Origin: Tubiluchus corallicola
Taxonomy: Eukaryota; Animalia; Priapulida
Direction: 5' to 3'
Assembly: GCA_030141605.1 (NCBI GenBank)
Contig: JAQGDQ010000252.1
Location: 248,001 to 312,000 of the forward strand
Length of the DNA: 64,000 bases
Shown: positions 1 through 14,000 of the stretch, in pieces
Layout of the letters: each line of letters starts with the position of its first letter
Numbering within the stretch: the stretch's first letter is position 1
Notes under the pieces: generated by a model
The model's input: the letters and a program-made list of their open reading frames with translations, nothing else
The model's database searches: none
Told to the model about the DNA's origin: nothing
Position numbers and translations under genes: made by a program

Positions 1-301
1 ACGCTGGGTATATTGTGTCACTCCTTCGATTAATATTAGGTGTTCACAAACGTGGATGAATTTTGAGTATTCTGCAGTGTTTTGCGAAAATGAGCCAGTG
101 GAGCTTGATTTCACCATCATTGAAAAGTCCGGTAGTAAAAGTTGCATTAGGAATTTCTTAATGTTAGGACATGGGTCTGCATTTCTAATTAGTACCCTAT
201 ATGAAATATATTATTGGTTATTTTTAAAACTATATGCATACCACTACATTGTCAAAATATGCCTTCATTGTTGTTATTTATGTTGACTTTTGACTCTCTA
301 G

Positions 302-1159
302 ATAATAAAAATGATACAGAAGACAACAGCGAAACAGAAGAATCGACAACTTCTGAAGAATCAAGTACCAGGTAAGCAGCTTAAATTATTCATTATTAGA
401 TAAATACATGTGCATGGCATAATTCTCACATGTTATACTTCCAAAACTAGTAATCTTTGGGAAATGTAAGCAGCTTAAGGAATTTTAAAAGTATGATATT
501 TGTGTATAAATACGAGGTGTTTCTTAAGTCCCTCATATTTAGAAGTTTGCTAAAATAGGAATTACAAGAGTAACCACATGGCAGTTTGGCTCCTGAGTTT
601 ACAATTCAGAAAAATTTTGGTGGCATCAAGTTGAACTTTGTAAGTCTAGCGTCATTTGTACACCTGCAAGTGAGCCCCACCTTTTTTGTAAAACATTGAG
701 CCACCTTTTTTCATATTCTTGGCTAACTGAGATTGGACAATATTTTGGGAATAACAGAAGCACCTGCATTCCTCGGCTGTTATTGTAGTGTGGAGAGTTC
801 TCACAGCTTTGTGGCATACATTCTGCATGCCAACCCATGTGATTTTACTCTTCTGTTCTAGATCAGTGTGATTGCAGAAAAAAACAGCACAAAACTTCAT
901 ATGTAGATTTCAAAAAAATGCTCGCCTTTATACTTAGTAAGAGAGCTTACCATAAGATGAAAGTTTCAGTTGATTAGTACCAAAGGAAATTGAAAATCAA
1001 ATTAGTAAACGAAATTTGAAAATTTTTTAAGAACATGTGGTTAAGGTGATGGAGTTTTTAATGTTCTCTTTCTAGCTGTGTAATTTCTCAGTTTGGGCTT
1101 TAATGATTTGCAGCAGTGACTCAGGTGATGAAAACAAAGAAAGTGAACGGACACCATAG
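302..1159 (+). CDS. 3' end (last two coding exons) of an unidentified gene entering from the left; acidic Ser/Thr-rich C-terminus
   Basis: Exon 302-371 (ctctag|...AG|gtaagc) reads (x)NKNDTEDNSETEESTTSEESST. The phase-2 join to the acceptor tttgcag|1114 gives SSDSGDENKESERTP* (TAG 1157-1159). The family cannot be identified from this fragment. Confidence 0.6.
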
Positions 1160-2888
1160 GAGTAACTGAGAAATACCAAAAGTTTGTAATTTATACTGAA
1201 GTGTAGGTAAGCCAACTTGTTGTTTTTTGAAATAGAGAAAATTGAAATATACTGTACAATTGAAATTATACAAGTTTAGTTATTTAATTTATTTTAAAAT
1301 TCTGTACAAACAAAATAAATCAAAATATGCATACATCTTGCATGAGAAGTCTACACAGCATATTACAGCTAAATATACTTGCTATGCTACATTTACAATT
1401 TACATTATGTAAGAAACGTGACTGCTTTTTAAGAAAACATAAGACTAGGTACATAATGCAATTGTTCCAAACGAAATCTAATTCAAGGAGCTAAAATGCA
1501 ATAAAAATCAGTATTTGTCTTAAATTTAAGAGAGTGTACGCACATAAAATTATAATATCTTGAAGCTGAAATAGCATCAGGTCACTGGTACATGTAAAGA
1601 CCACATGCAGTTATTCATTTCTGGTGCAAAAAATGACCATTGCCATTAAGTGGAAAAAACCGGTCATCTTGTACTGAAAATGTTATTATAGGTGTTCTTG
1701 TTTTATCATAAAATTAGCTAATCTTAAAATACCAAATAGATTTTCTTATTTAATATGTTAATAACATAGCAACAAAGGAAGAAAATTTGAAATTTGTTCT
1801 GAAGTCTTTAGCACAAAATTTTATACAGTGGTTGTGCTAGTTTCTTTGTAATTTCTAACTAAACGTAATTAAATTACTATGTACTTGGGAAATATTTTCT
1901 GCCTAAGTAACTTTGGTTTCAAATTGTACAATAAACAAGTTTTTATACATAGACAAATTGGTGTAGCTATCATTCACACAGTTAAATTAGTAATGTTATT
2001 TAACAAGGCTTAGACAACCATAAGATGTCAATGTTGGATATCCATAGAGGAGTAACTGAGAAATACTGAAAGTTTGTAATTTATACTGAAGTGTGGGTAA
2101 GCCAACTTGTTGTTTTTAAATAGAGGAAAGAGAAATTTACTGTACTAATGAAATTATACAAGTATAGTTATTTAATTTAGTTACAAATTCTGTACAAACA
2201 AAATAAATCAAAATATGCGTACATCTTGCGTGAGACGTCTACACAGCATATTACGGCTAAATACACTTGCTAGGCTACGTTTACAATTTACATTATGTAA
2301 GAAATGTGACTGCTTTTTAAGAAAACATAGACTAGGTACATAATGCAATTGTTCCAGGAGATGTCTAATCTAAAGAGCTAAAATGTGATAATAATGAGTA
2401 TTTGTCTCTAATTTAAAGGAGTGTACGCACATAAAATTATAACATCTTGAAGCTGAAATAACACCCGTTCACTGGTACATGTAAAGACCACATGTATTTC
2501 TGGTGCAAAGAATGACCATTGCCATTAAGTTGAAAAAACTGGTCATCTTATTGTGAAAATGGCTAGATAGGTATTCTTGTTTTGTTATAAAATTAGTTAA
2601 TCTTGTAATATTAAAGAGATTTTCTTATTTAATACGTAAATTATGTAGCAGCAAAGAAAGAAAAGTTTAAAGCTGTTCTGAAGTCTTTTTCACAAAATTT
2701 TATACTATGGCTCCACTAGTTTCCTCTTAATTTCTAATTACTAGCTAATTAAATTACTACATACTTAAGAAATATTATCTATCTAAGTAACTTCAGTTTC
2801 AGATTGTACAATAAACAAGTATAGCTATCAATCACACAGCTGAATTAGCATAGCTGTTTACCGATGCTTAGCCAACTGTAGAGTTGTC
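1154..2888. repeat. Diverged tandem duplication, two ~870-890 bp copies (1154-~2030 and 2042-~2888)
   Basis: Both copies begin ccatag(a)ggagtaactgagaaatac...gtttgtaatttatactgaagtgt(a/g)ggtaagccaacttg and stay colinear through ...ttgtacaataaacaagt...gctatca.tcacacag, with small indels. Confidence 0.9.
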
Positions 2889-3342
2889 TTTATCTTTTAA
2901 GTTTCAATAAGTTTGTCTACTGTCCTTTTGCTAGTAATAAATGGCACATAAATCTGAAGGTAAGTCTCGAAGTTATATTCGCCATACTTTTAGTTAACTA
3001 AATTAAATTTCTTCTTAATGTTTGATGTTACGTAAATTTAGAATAATGTTACGTAAATTTAGCTTTTTATGCAAGTCTCATGATAGTCTATATCAAAACA
3101 GTACACAGTAGATTCGGAAGTTAACCATGTTTTTTTGCTAATAGCCTAGAGCTAGTCCTATGTCATCCCGTATGCTGAATTTTCATGTAGAAGCTTATAC
3201 TTACTCATGTAACTGGTAATGTGCAACACATTGGAAAAGATTGCAAGCTTCAAGTTCCATTTTTTCTTTAGCCGAATTTAAATCTTAGCACCAATAGACA
3301 AATCGAAAAGAAAAATTTAAAATAAGGTCTTAGTGATTAGCA

Positions 3343-6300
3343 TCAGTGATGACCTAATTTACTGTCTACTGCATATTTTCGTGCACGAACAACAATAAGA
3401 CCGGCAGCTATCAGAGCTAAAACCATACAGGCCATCATGCTTGCTATGGCTGCTATGAGGGTAGATCTCTGTACGCATATATCTTCTTCATTTTGTACCA
3501 CTTTGAAAACTTCTCTCTCCACAGCACCAGTGCTTTCTAGAATTAATAATTAGTAATTAACAGAGCTAATTACTATCTGTTCAAAACCTGAACCTAAATA
3601 AAATTGGAAACTAAGGTGGATGTTTTTTCTCATTATTATGTTATCATTAACATAGACAGTTTTCTTTCGAAACAAGTTCACTATAACTATTATTTATGTT
3701 AATAAATCAAGAATTTGAAACAGGACATAACTTTTTAAAGGTGGCCTAAGCAATCTGATCACAAAGGCGGTTCCTATAAGTGAGTTTAACACTTTCACTA
3801 ATAAAATATGTATGATAACAGAATGCATACCATCATAGACAATTGTCTCTACACTTGGCACCACAACAGTTATGCCTCTCATTAGCTTGTTTTCATCCAG
3901 TGTTTCTCCATCAATTCCGGTTGTCGTAGTTGCTGTGTCATTTTCGTCCCCAGTTTCACGTTTGGTTCGTCTCCTGCGGCCACTGCCAGTTTGTCGTCTC
4001 GTAGTAGCTGTAGTTTGTGTTGAATCACTTTCACACACAGGCTTAGAAAAAAGGAAAATTAGCCACAATATAATAATGTATTGACGAGTATGCAACCTTT
4101 ATATAAAAAAAGCCAATATTATTATTGTCATAGATCCTTTTCTTTATCTGGAATGTGCTGTTTTCTTATTTAGCCACACTTGATTTTGTAATTGAACTAT
4201 TTTTAACTTTTCAGACAAACTTTCTTGTATGCAAAGGGCTCTGAGTCCATTTAGGAAGAGGTATTTCTGTTTGATTATTATATTGTATGATGTAGATTAG
4301 TTATTTTCTAGCTAATTATTATTTTATTAGCTATTTTAGTATTATAGATGGTAGTGCAAATGTGTTATTCTAACTCACCGGGTAGCAATGGTTGAAACAG
4401 ACTCGACACTGGCAGACAAAGTAGACATTGTTGACATCTGGAAATTTGAAAGTTTTGAAGTGGGCATACACGAATGTTTGTCCGTTTACGAGACCGTTGT
4501 TGTGCTGACTTTGCCCTATCACTTTCTTATGTGCTGGACATCTGAAATTTAAATACAGGCTATGATTAGTATTCAATTAGTAGTTTCCAGTAATATTTTC
4601 CACCATTACTGTGTCATACATTCATTGCTGTCTTCGTCTTAACAGGTTGCTTTTATATGTTTTATTCTAACTTGTCTTTGTTTATGAATAGGTTTAAACC
4701 AAATTGTTATTCTTTAATTAATATTACATTCTCAGTATAATCTCAAACAATGTAATCTCGCAAATTTATTGCCATGTTGGTATGTTTGTTGTTTTTGTGG
4801 TTATTATATAATTATTTTCCTTGAGGGGACGCGTAAACACATACGAATTCCATTAAAACACCTCTGCTCGTTAGTGTAGATCTTTAAATCATCTCATCTT
4901 AGAGTATTATCTTTAAATCGGGTGACGCAGAACAAATATGCCGCAGTTTAGACTATAATTAATAGAACCAAGAATCCCACAAACCTAAAATTTCACAGTG
5001 TGGTAACACAGTACAGTACATTAAATTTTGGTTGTGAAAGTTACTGTTAAAGTTGCTTTAATGCGCTTATATCGAGCACTTTGTGTTGACCGCTCTTTTG
5101 TTTTTACCTTGGAATGTTTGGCGACAAAATAAAATTGACATAAAATTATCGGTGCACTCCACTGGATTTATATTTGCCAATTAAAACTAACAGGTACAAG
5201 TTTATAGCATTAGAGGTTTTTAAATTACGGTTGAAAGGCTTTTGCTTGTTATAAAGTTAAATACCAGAACAGTATGTCAACTCATTCTTAATCAAAAACA
5301 GTCACGTTGATGTGTAAAGCTCTCAACCATAAGGAAATTAACCAATAACCACTATACTTTAAAGAAGGGAGAAACTGTATCAGTTGTTGGAAGAAATGCC
5401 TTCTTCTAGTTTGTATTGAAACTGGTGGACATATTGAGCACTTGCTGCAAATTTTAACAATAGTGACCTATGAAAATTTTTTCTGTATTTATTTGTTTTA
5501 CTTGATCTAAGATTGACACAAAGTTGTTGGCATTTACACATAAGTGTATGCAACATTAGTGTAGCAAATCTCAAGCGATTCCTTTAATTTCTTCTTGTAA
5601 TGTTAGAATCGAAACTTCAATTTTTGCAACAGCTGATATAATAATGTGTTAGGACCTGCTACAACCATCAATATGACAAGCAAGCCCTGCACTCTGGAAT
5701 CTCGCACGGTGTGCCAGTGCCAAATTCTAAGAAAGAACTCTACAATTAGTTTTTGAGCCCAGAGATAGAAGAAGAAGAAGCATGGTCTCAGTCCTGTAAC
5801 AGAGAGGAAGGATAGGTGATTATGGCATCTATTTAGGAAGGCTTGTTACTTGGCTGTTTTTTCTCCCCGGTGCCTTTCCACTCAGTTAAGGCTAAGTAGG
5901 CCTAGGGAGGTGGCCAGAAATCCTGTACGAGTGACAAGTGCCTTGAAAAATTCAAATGTGAAGATAAATTTCCATCAATTTTTTCATAATTTATACACAT
6001 ACCACAAATTTGTTTCAAGTATAAACAAATTTACAAAAAGTTTTACAGATCTCAGTGATATTGCTACCAACATTGATGTAATTTTTGTCCATAACTGCGT
6101 ACCATTTCGTATCTAATTTTTTATGACATTTCTAAATACTCATAATAATAGAAATTTATAAAAGTTAAATAATTTACCCATCATCATCGACGAGAGCCAA
6201 ACGAGACATTCCCATACCATCGTGTGCATAACAGTCATAAACAGTCAGATCAAATAAACCTAAACAAAAAACAGATGCAGTACATATCCTACTCCAGCAC

Positions 6301-9300
6301 AGCATCAACTGCTTTCAGTTTGCGTCAAATTATGTAGTGTTTCTGATCGAATTGAATTTTTTTTTCTGCATTACCTGTCTGGTATCAAAATTCGTTAATT
6401 GATAATATTAAAATTTCAAAGTTATTTATTGATGATGCAAAGGTCAGATGGTAAATTCATCACGTCGCCATAATTGCGATCGAAAATTAAACTCTGTGAT
6501 CGCTAAGGGCGAGCATTCTTCACCAGAATACGAATTCATATGGAATCGAATTTGTGACTTTCGAACATGGATAAAACCAAATTTCGAGATTTCGAATCTA
6601 GATTGAATTTGAATTCAGTTTTAAATATTTTCGAATAAATTTTTGATTCCCTAATAAAAAGCAATGTTACATAGATCTTACATACTACTTGATTGCGTTC
6701 TACAGTAAAAACACAAATGTTTAGAAATTATTCACAGAAGCCACAGCTGAAATGTACTGATTGCATGATGTTGCACACATTTTAATGATAAAGAATGTAC
6801 GTAGTTATAGTGCTGAATTATCTGAATCTAAAATTTTAGATAGGAATAGGATTCGAATTAAAAAAACTTGTGCGATACTCACCCTTACTGATCGCACAAA
6901 TGATAGCAACCATTTTCTCAAAGTGCGATAATTGATTTTAATCGCATTCTTGTTCGAAGCAATCATATTAGCAATAATTTCTTCCTAGTCCTTATAGACG
7001 TTTTCAGAATTCCTACTCAGTTTTTCATTATATTTTATTGCTCTTAGTAATGAATAAATAGTTGTTAAACACTATTATATGCTGTTAGAATCACAATTGG
7101 AAAACCTACTCTATATTAAGCCCCTATACACAGTGTACAATTGCACATGCAGACACACAAGTTTGTTTTAATTTGTGAATTTAAATACATTAATTGTAAA
7201 TTATTTGATCGGGATCGTGATCGTGATTGTGATTGCAGCCAACTCTGAAAACTTTTCACAATGGTGATCACAATCAAAATTTTCTAATGAGCACAATTGG
7301 AATGGACTGCAATCTGCCACTGCTAACAAAACTTAGACAGTGGTGGATATTTTACTTTTTCATTTTTATGATAGCTAGAAACTGTGTTTATCTGAAAATT
7401 TAGCCACACACGAGCACTAAAGTATCTGAAGTCATCGTGCAATTATCAACATTTAATTGCAATCCTTTAACTGCCATGGAATGCTATGCATTCGATTGTA
7501 AACTACAAATTTGGGCTTACAAAACCGAAACCAAGTTCGTCAGAAGCTACAGTTGATGTGTTTCAAAATATAACAATGTAAGCAATGATGTAATCAGTTT
7601 AACAATAGCTGTTACCTTTATTTTCTATCCAGAATGCTAAAGTGCCAAGCTGTCCAATCTCCAATCTACTCACTCCAGAGATGGTTGGATTCTGGCCGGA
7701 TACGACCTTCATGTGGCATGGTGTGTACTCAACAGGAGCCTGGGATACTCCTACTGCATCAATCATTCTGAAAACGTTTGTAATGATTAATTCAATTCAT
7801 TCACCAAAATGTACAAGTGTCGGTGTTGCAAGCAAGTGTATACACTAAAATGTAACATCAATAAAATTGAGTTTACAATCATAAATAAATTATTTGGTAT
7901 GCAACATGTTGGTGTTGCGCTCTTGTTAGTCTGGCTGTTGGTCGGTATTCACAACAATCTGAACATCACTTACCAAAATTGAAATTACAAAATGTATTTA
8001 GAAGAATATTTGATGGGAAAGTGACTTATGTAAAGGAATACTTTTAGCAATAAATTTAGACATGAGAGATTCTGATCTTCACCCCCATTCCAGACATTTA
8101 CTATGTTCAGGCAAGTGTGAGATACAAATCGTCATGTTATGTAATAGATCTATGTGCTGCTACTTACGGCAAACTCAAATCATAGTTTAAAGTTTCGACA
8201 TTGGTTCCTCCAAATCGACACGAGACGTCGTACGCACGATCTCCCATTTCCAATATGCCCCATGCAAACTCGTTCATTACAATCACTGTATTGCTGTAAT
8301 AGGTCTGTTGGTCATAGCCCTCTCCCTGAAAGTTATAAAGCAGTGTGAATTAGGGCTAGTTGAGGTTGTGTTGAAATGTATATTTGCCAGGTCATATGCA
8401 AGAAGAGCTTTGCTAGATGAAGAAGAAGAAAGTAAAAAAAAATTGTCTTGTTCCCTATATGAAAACAAATTATCAACAAAAGTGTGTGGATGAGCATTTA
8501 CTTATATAGCCTGACATATCGGCACTTCTAAGGTTTACCTGGGTATCTGAATTTGTCCCACAACCGTCTAAAGGTAGAGAAAGAGTGATACGTCTGTTTC
8601 CTCGTCTCGGAACAGCTCGACAGTTTTCTGATTTGTACAAACCTTTAGCGTAAAGTGCACCCTCAAATGGTCTGTCAAACTGAACTACGATATTCATTGT
8701 TCCTTGGGCTAAATCACAGCTAACAGTAACATCTGAAACAATTATTAAAAAGTCAAGTGTAAATTCATACAAAGAATTACAAACAATTATCATTTAAATG
8801 ACCGTGTATGGGGGGGGGGGGAAGTACATAAAACTATTAGAAAGTCCGACTCAGAGATACAGTCACTGTTGTGGACATTGTTGGAATAGGAGGTCACATA
8901 GTGGTTATTGACTTCAATGTCAGCTTGCCCAAGGTTACACTCACAGAAAAACATAACCTGACTTTGCCTGGATTCTCCACGGGAAGACAACCTTGAAGAA
9001 AAGCTGGTAGTGTATCACATCGATATTCAATTTGCAAGATTAGTGCCTTAAGTATCAGTGGGTCACTAGCAGTTGCATGATATCTATTATTATTTCTAGA
9101 TACATCACACATGCAATAGTCATTTGCTTAAGTAATTTTCATGTACTGTCAACCAAGCAACTTATGCAAAACTAATACTATGGTACACTAAAACTACTAC
9201 AACTCTATGGACCCAAAAACGAAATTTTAATCATGTAGTTCCTTTGCTATTTGAAACTGAAAACATTTAAAGCAACTAGTATTACTACCAATTAGCTAGT

Positions 9301-11090
9301 ATTCAACAAAAATCTACGAAATTGCTGTGCCATAAATCGACTTAACTCGTCATTGTGCTTCTATGTGTCGTCTACTGACAAAACTGTAAACAGTGTGATC
9401 ATTTTGAATATGATAAGTATTGACGTGATTACCATTAACGTTGTTCATAGGAGCAGTCATAGGTAGAAATTCTTCTGCTAGCTGTGCCGGAGCTCTGGTG
9501 TATGAACCTTGTCCATAGACAAGCCCAATCTGGAAACAAAATGCCATTATAACAATATAAACAACTTTTAGTAAACAGGTAGGCATAATTTGTTAAACAG
9601 ATTCATGCATATCCAGCCCATTTTTAGCATCATTGCCATGTGAGGTCACGACTTTTCTGTGACCTTGACCTTTTGTGTTATTAGTATTGCAATGTGAGAG
9701 ATGCATACAGACTCTGTGACTAACATTGGCTAGTTCAACTATATATATTCTTTACGATGGCTTTCACTTTTGACCTTTCATTTCCATAATTTGTGTCAGG
9801 CAAAGTGATAAACAACTGGATACCTTAACTGTAGATCATATGCATATTAAATGCAAAAGCCCTTGTTCTAAACATAGCAGATTTACTATGAAATGGGTTA
9901 CTCAAACACATTCTAAAGTTTCAAGATGAGTTTCGCCTACGCTCCCCTCCGAAAGCACGAAATAAATGGCTTCCCGATGTCGTTTTTAAGCGCCCTTGAA
10001 GATAACGTCACATCCTGTGACGTACTGATGCAAAAATAATAACACCTTCATTGGGTGAGCTAAATGTAAACCATTGAATAAACCGTTTGTTAAATTCCTT
10101 CAGTATTAAATAGTTTGCTAGCAAATTTTAAATTACCCATCGTGAGGCTTTGATTAACAGACTATTATTCCTGCCTTAAACTAATTATGTAGCTTACGAG
10201 GAAAATAAGTTTGTGGCTCGTGGCGTGTGTTGGCGGAAGTTAAGCAATATCAACAAAAATGGTCAGTGAAAAGATATATGACCACTGAGAAGACCTCTGG
10301 GCAGTTCCGCTCACATACTACTCCCTTCGACCGGAGTGTGTTTACATTGAGTGGAATGTGGACTTAATTAGCTCTAGTGTTTTAGTATCGCGTCATAGAG
10401 GATTATATATGTAATGCAATCAACTTAGTAATGCTTCCGTCTTTCACACTATGTCCCAAAATGTTCGTTTTTAGCTTATACGCAGTAACACAGGTGTTAG
10501 CATTTTTTGCTCCGTACAGATTATTAACTTCGCAATATTTTAAGCTCGTAAAATCACGCGCTAAACTTATGCGCTCAAAAATAAAGCCAGTGTGCATATT
10601 TTATTACGAATGTTTTTTTAGTTAAAAGAGTTAATTGTACAGAAAGTTTTTGTTCCGTTTTGAGACTACAACGTAACACAGTTCTATAACCTTGAGCAAT
10701 GCCGATCAGCAAGCGAATAAAAATAGACTACTCAGTAATAAACTTGTTTATTTTTATTATTTCCAGCAATGCCGCTTGTTCGTGTGGTTTTGCGACACGA
10801 ATTTACAATTGACTATTATGCGCTATGTATTCACTGCCGTTTTTATAATTATTAAATACTTCTATATAATTTGGTCAAAGAAATATTAGCCGCCAGGTTC
10901 TAACTTCAATGGAGTGATTGTCTTCTACGCTCATTAATTTATCATTAAAGACCTAGACCGAAACCTAGAAACCGTACTGTGTGCCCATTACCTACCGTTA
11001 TTATGGTTCATATGAATATTGTACGGTTAAAACGTAGGTAACAAAAATAACCACGAGGAGGAGAGAGAGCATAGACAAATAAGACTGCAT
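3343..11090 (-). CDS. ZP (zona pellucida) domain transmembrane protein, cuticlin-like, ~438 aa
   Basis: Exons on the minus strand: 11025-11090, 9433-9529, 8539-8732, 8168-8325, 7616-7767, 6178-6259, 4379-4541, 3831-4041, 3343-3536 (1317 nt; all phases match). Signal peptide MQSYLSMLSLLLVVIFVTYVLT|IGLVYG-Q. ZP-N: VTVSC..FEGALYAKG..C..LDGCG..YYSNTVIV..DRAYDVSC. ZP-C: DCYAHDG..LVDDDGCP..AHFKTFKFPD..VYFVCQCRVC. Furin site RRRRTKR, then TM helix TLIAAIASMMACMVLALIAAGLIVV and a short tail ending KLGHH*. Exon 1 has a weak donor (gtacaa) and is the least certain. Confidence 0.88.
5647..5936. mobile_element. Possible solo LTR in a ZP-gene intron
   Basis: A ~290-bp block, more GC-rich than its flanks, bounded by TGTTA...TGACA; 4-bp flanks aatg/agtg match 3/4. 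No internal retroelement sequence. Confidence 0.3.
6504..6887. mobile_element. hAT-type MITE
   Basis: Termini TAAGGGCGAGCATT / ATACTCACCCTTA are an imperfect inverted repeat. 8-bp target duplication gtgatcgc (6496-6503) / ctgatcgc (6888-6895). Interior is rich in TTCGAA, and an inverted related fragment lies at ~19530-19600. Confidence 0.65.
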
Positions 11091-14000
11091 GTGGCAGCAA
11101 AGCAACAAAACTGACAGGAGAATAGGTAAATCATAAACGTGCATGATAAAACGTCTGAGTGACGGTCAGAATAATGCTTCTCTGCGTTTTTTTCTCTCTC
11201 CGACGGCGTGATTAGTACCCATTTGGCTATACGAAGCCGGTAGCATAGAACACGCGGGGGAGGGGGTACCCGCCCTTTAGTTTTATTACCAAGTGCGGTA
11301 TAATCAATCTATTAGGTAGAGCTTGCGATTAACGATCTAAAAACTTCCTAAACAAAGGAAAATAGAACAACCATTATAATATCTATTCATTTCTATGTGC
11401 ATTTAGTTTGTAACCTGTTGCTAATAATAAAGGGCTGCAAAGACATCTGCACGGGCAATTCCTATTTCTGGTCAGCATTACATTTTTTTAAGCGTTAGGC
11501 GTTCAAAATTTGAAATCGAGCTTTTAGAAATGACGTCTAGCTGGTGTTCCGCCTGTAGGTTTATTAGTAACAATTTTCACCCGGTTATTTCCATAATAGC
11601 CCAAATTTCGTTAGGTTCCTTGTAATTTCTTCCGTCTTGCTGTCAGTTGAAAAGTATAGTTGCTGACATTATAGGTAATCGTTTTAAGAAGGCACTTTAG
11701 TGTTCTTATACATCTTTTGCAATATAAAAAATATAAAACTAATATACCCAGAAATATAAAACTAAGTTCACATCACGCAGCGCGAAATAGCAGCAATCCG
11801 TTACTTTTTTCTAGTCACTTATAGTTCATGTTATATGTACCAAACAGTTATTCGGTGTTAGGTTTTTTAGATATTGTGTTTTGTAATAGAAATTGTTTAT
11901 TTTACTATTATCTTTAGGTTGTTATTGTAGCCTTTTTCCTTATGTTTGCATCCCTTGCTTTGTAAATATTTTTCAAATAGTGAAGTGTAAATGAAGAAGC
12001 TTTACTTGTGTTTTACACTGATTAGCGCGGAAGGACAAATCCTACAACGTTTTTTCAGTAGAAAGTTGACTTAGTTTCAATTTCAAATTTAAGTTACTCT
12101 TTTAATCCCCGTGTTAATCGCATTATGCCATTTATACAACTGAAAAGTCTTCTGTTTTGTGTATTTGCTTTAAGTATTATGACCGCCGTGCGCGTTCAGC
12201 GGAAAAAAGTTTAATTATGCGTGTAAATCTAGGACAGAGTAATTTGATAAAAGTTTTGATAGCAATGTATAAACGTTGCTTGCGTGGACACTGTCACTGT
12301 TTTATTTATGACATTGGCAACTTTTGATATACTACCAACTACAGCCGTTCACTTGCGTGAGTTCGTAAAAATACACGTGTATCATTATTATAGTGGGACG
12401 ACGGTTACATGCAATGTTGGCAACATATTCAGGGAAACCTTCTTTTATTAGCTGTTTTGCAAAGAATTTCAATTTGGCGGTTAAACTAATTTCTTCTGCC
12501 TCACTTTCAATAAAAGCTCGATCAGTAAAGCCAAGTGAGCTATTTAATAAAGACCAAAAAAGCCAAGTGAGCTGTTCGCAATTTTTAGTACATTTCTTGT
12601 TATCAAAGATTTAGTTTCTCCAACAGTTATAATTTTATTGCAATAATTTATACTATTGCTAGCTGTGCCGTGGATTAATGACTTTATTAAGTCGAAGTAA
12701 AAGTTAATTTAGTCATTCACTGAGTGATTTACTCTAACTGACTGGGTCCTTCTGCATCTTTACACCCACTTCCCACAGATTACGCCGTTTACTTTTCTGC
12801 TTTATATGAAGAAAAGTGAAAGTAACGGACAGCAAAGTATCTGCTACTTGTAACTAACTTAAAGTAAGCAAACAAAGCTATTAGGCAAAAATGTATGTCA
12901 TTACCATTGCAAATCAATTGCCATGTGTGCTGTGCGCATTCATCCTCGGCTTAAAGAATTGTCCTGAGGAGAAAGTTCATTTCGGACACGCCTATGTAAT
13001 AAACTGCACCGCTTACGGCGCCTGTCAGAAAAAAACTAACTGTACTCAGTGTCAGAAGTGGATTTTCAGAGCAAACTTAGTCTATTCAATTCTTGCTTTT
13101 GTTTAGCCATTTGAGAATTTGACATTCACACTTAGAAGGGCTACGCTTGTTTGTGTGGCAATCTTTCTTTATGTAGTTTCACATTATAAAATCATAGCCT
13201 CCGGGTAATAGCTATGCTAATCAGCCAGTGCTTTTACTAGAGTCGAGGTCATAGATAAATTTAATTACTAGAAGCCCTGGTATTGAAAGCTAGAGCACGC
13301 ACTGCGTACCTGATGTAGGACGTGCGAAACTAACAGGTGCAGGCCTCGTTTTAAACTTGTGATTTTTTTAGCACAGAAAGAGTTAAGGACATTATTTGTT
13401 TACTCTGCGATGTATAATTAGTGGTTTACGACAAATATACGACACAAAAATATAGATGAAACTAAACGTTTTGACAATCCAAATATTAGACTATGGAGAA
13501 AACGAATAGGAGAGAAAGAGAACCTAGGAACGGAAAGAATTCTGTAAGGGCTCAATTTAAAGGACTTTTAAAAACTACACACAGAACTTAATCAAACTAT
13601 GCAAAAAACTATTTTTCTTGTCTTCAGTGTATGGTTCTTAGTCTAGCACTACTTAGCACTTTAGAAAACTGTGATAGAAATCTAGTAATAAAACAAACAT
13701 ATTTAAATTTAAATATATATTTTGTTAAATAGATTTTACGTACAGATTCTATAAATTGTATTACATATCGAGATTATTCATTCAAATTACGAACCAGCTT
13801 GTGAAAACAATTATTTTTGGTACATTAAGAACTGTTCGAGGTTTAAAACAATGTAAAAACAAAAACAATTCAATCGCTAAAAGTGCTTTGATACTTTGAT
13901 TATTTACCTAGGCAGGGTTGTTAGTACCAGTCAAAAAGATCAAGGATCACTAGATTTTCTGACAAGTTTAAACCAAGGCATAACAGTCTGACGTGATACA

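Noticed and set aside
626-900. Cys/His-containing minus-strand ORFs, faintly PHD-like
   Set aside because: Intronic, ligand spacing incomplete and no splice support; at most a decayed TE fragment.
8940-8995. Extra ZP-gene exon (GCLPVENPGKV) suggested by ORF 8894-9112
   Set aside because: The peptide is plausible, but the nearby donors give phase 2 or 0 in that frame, whereas the next exon needs phase 1. The model closes without it.
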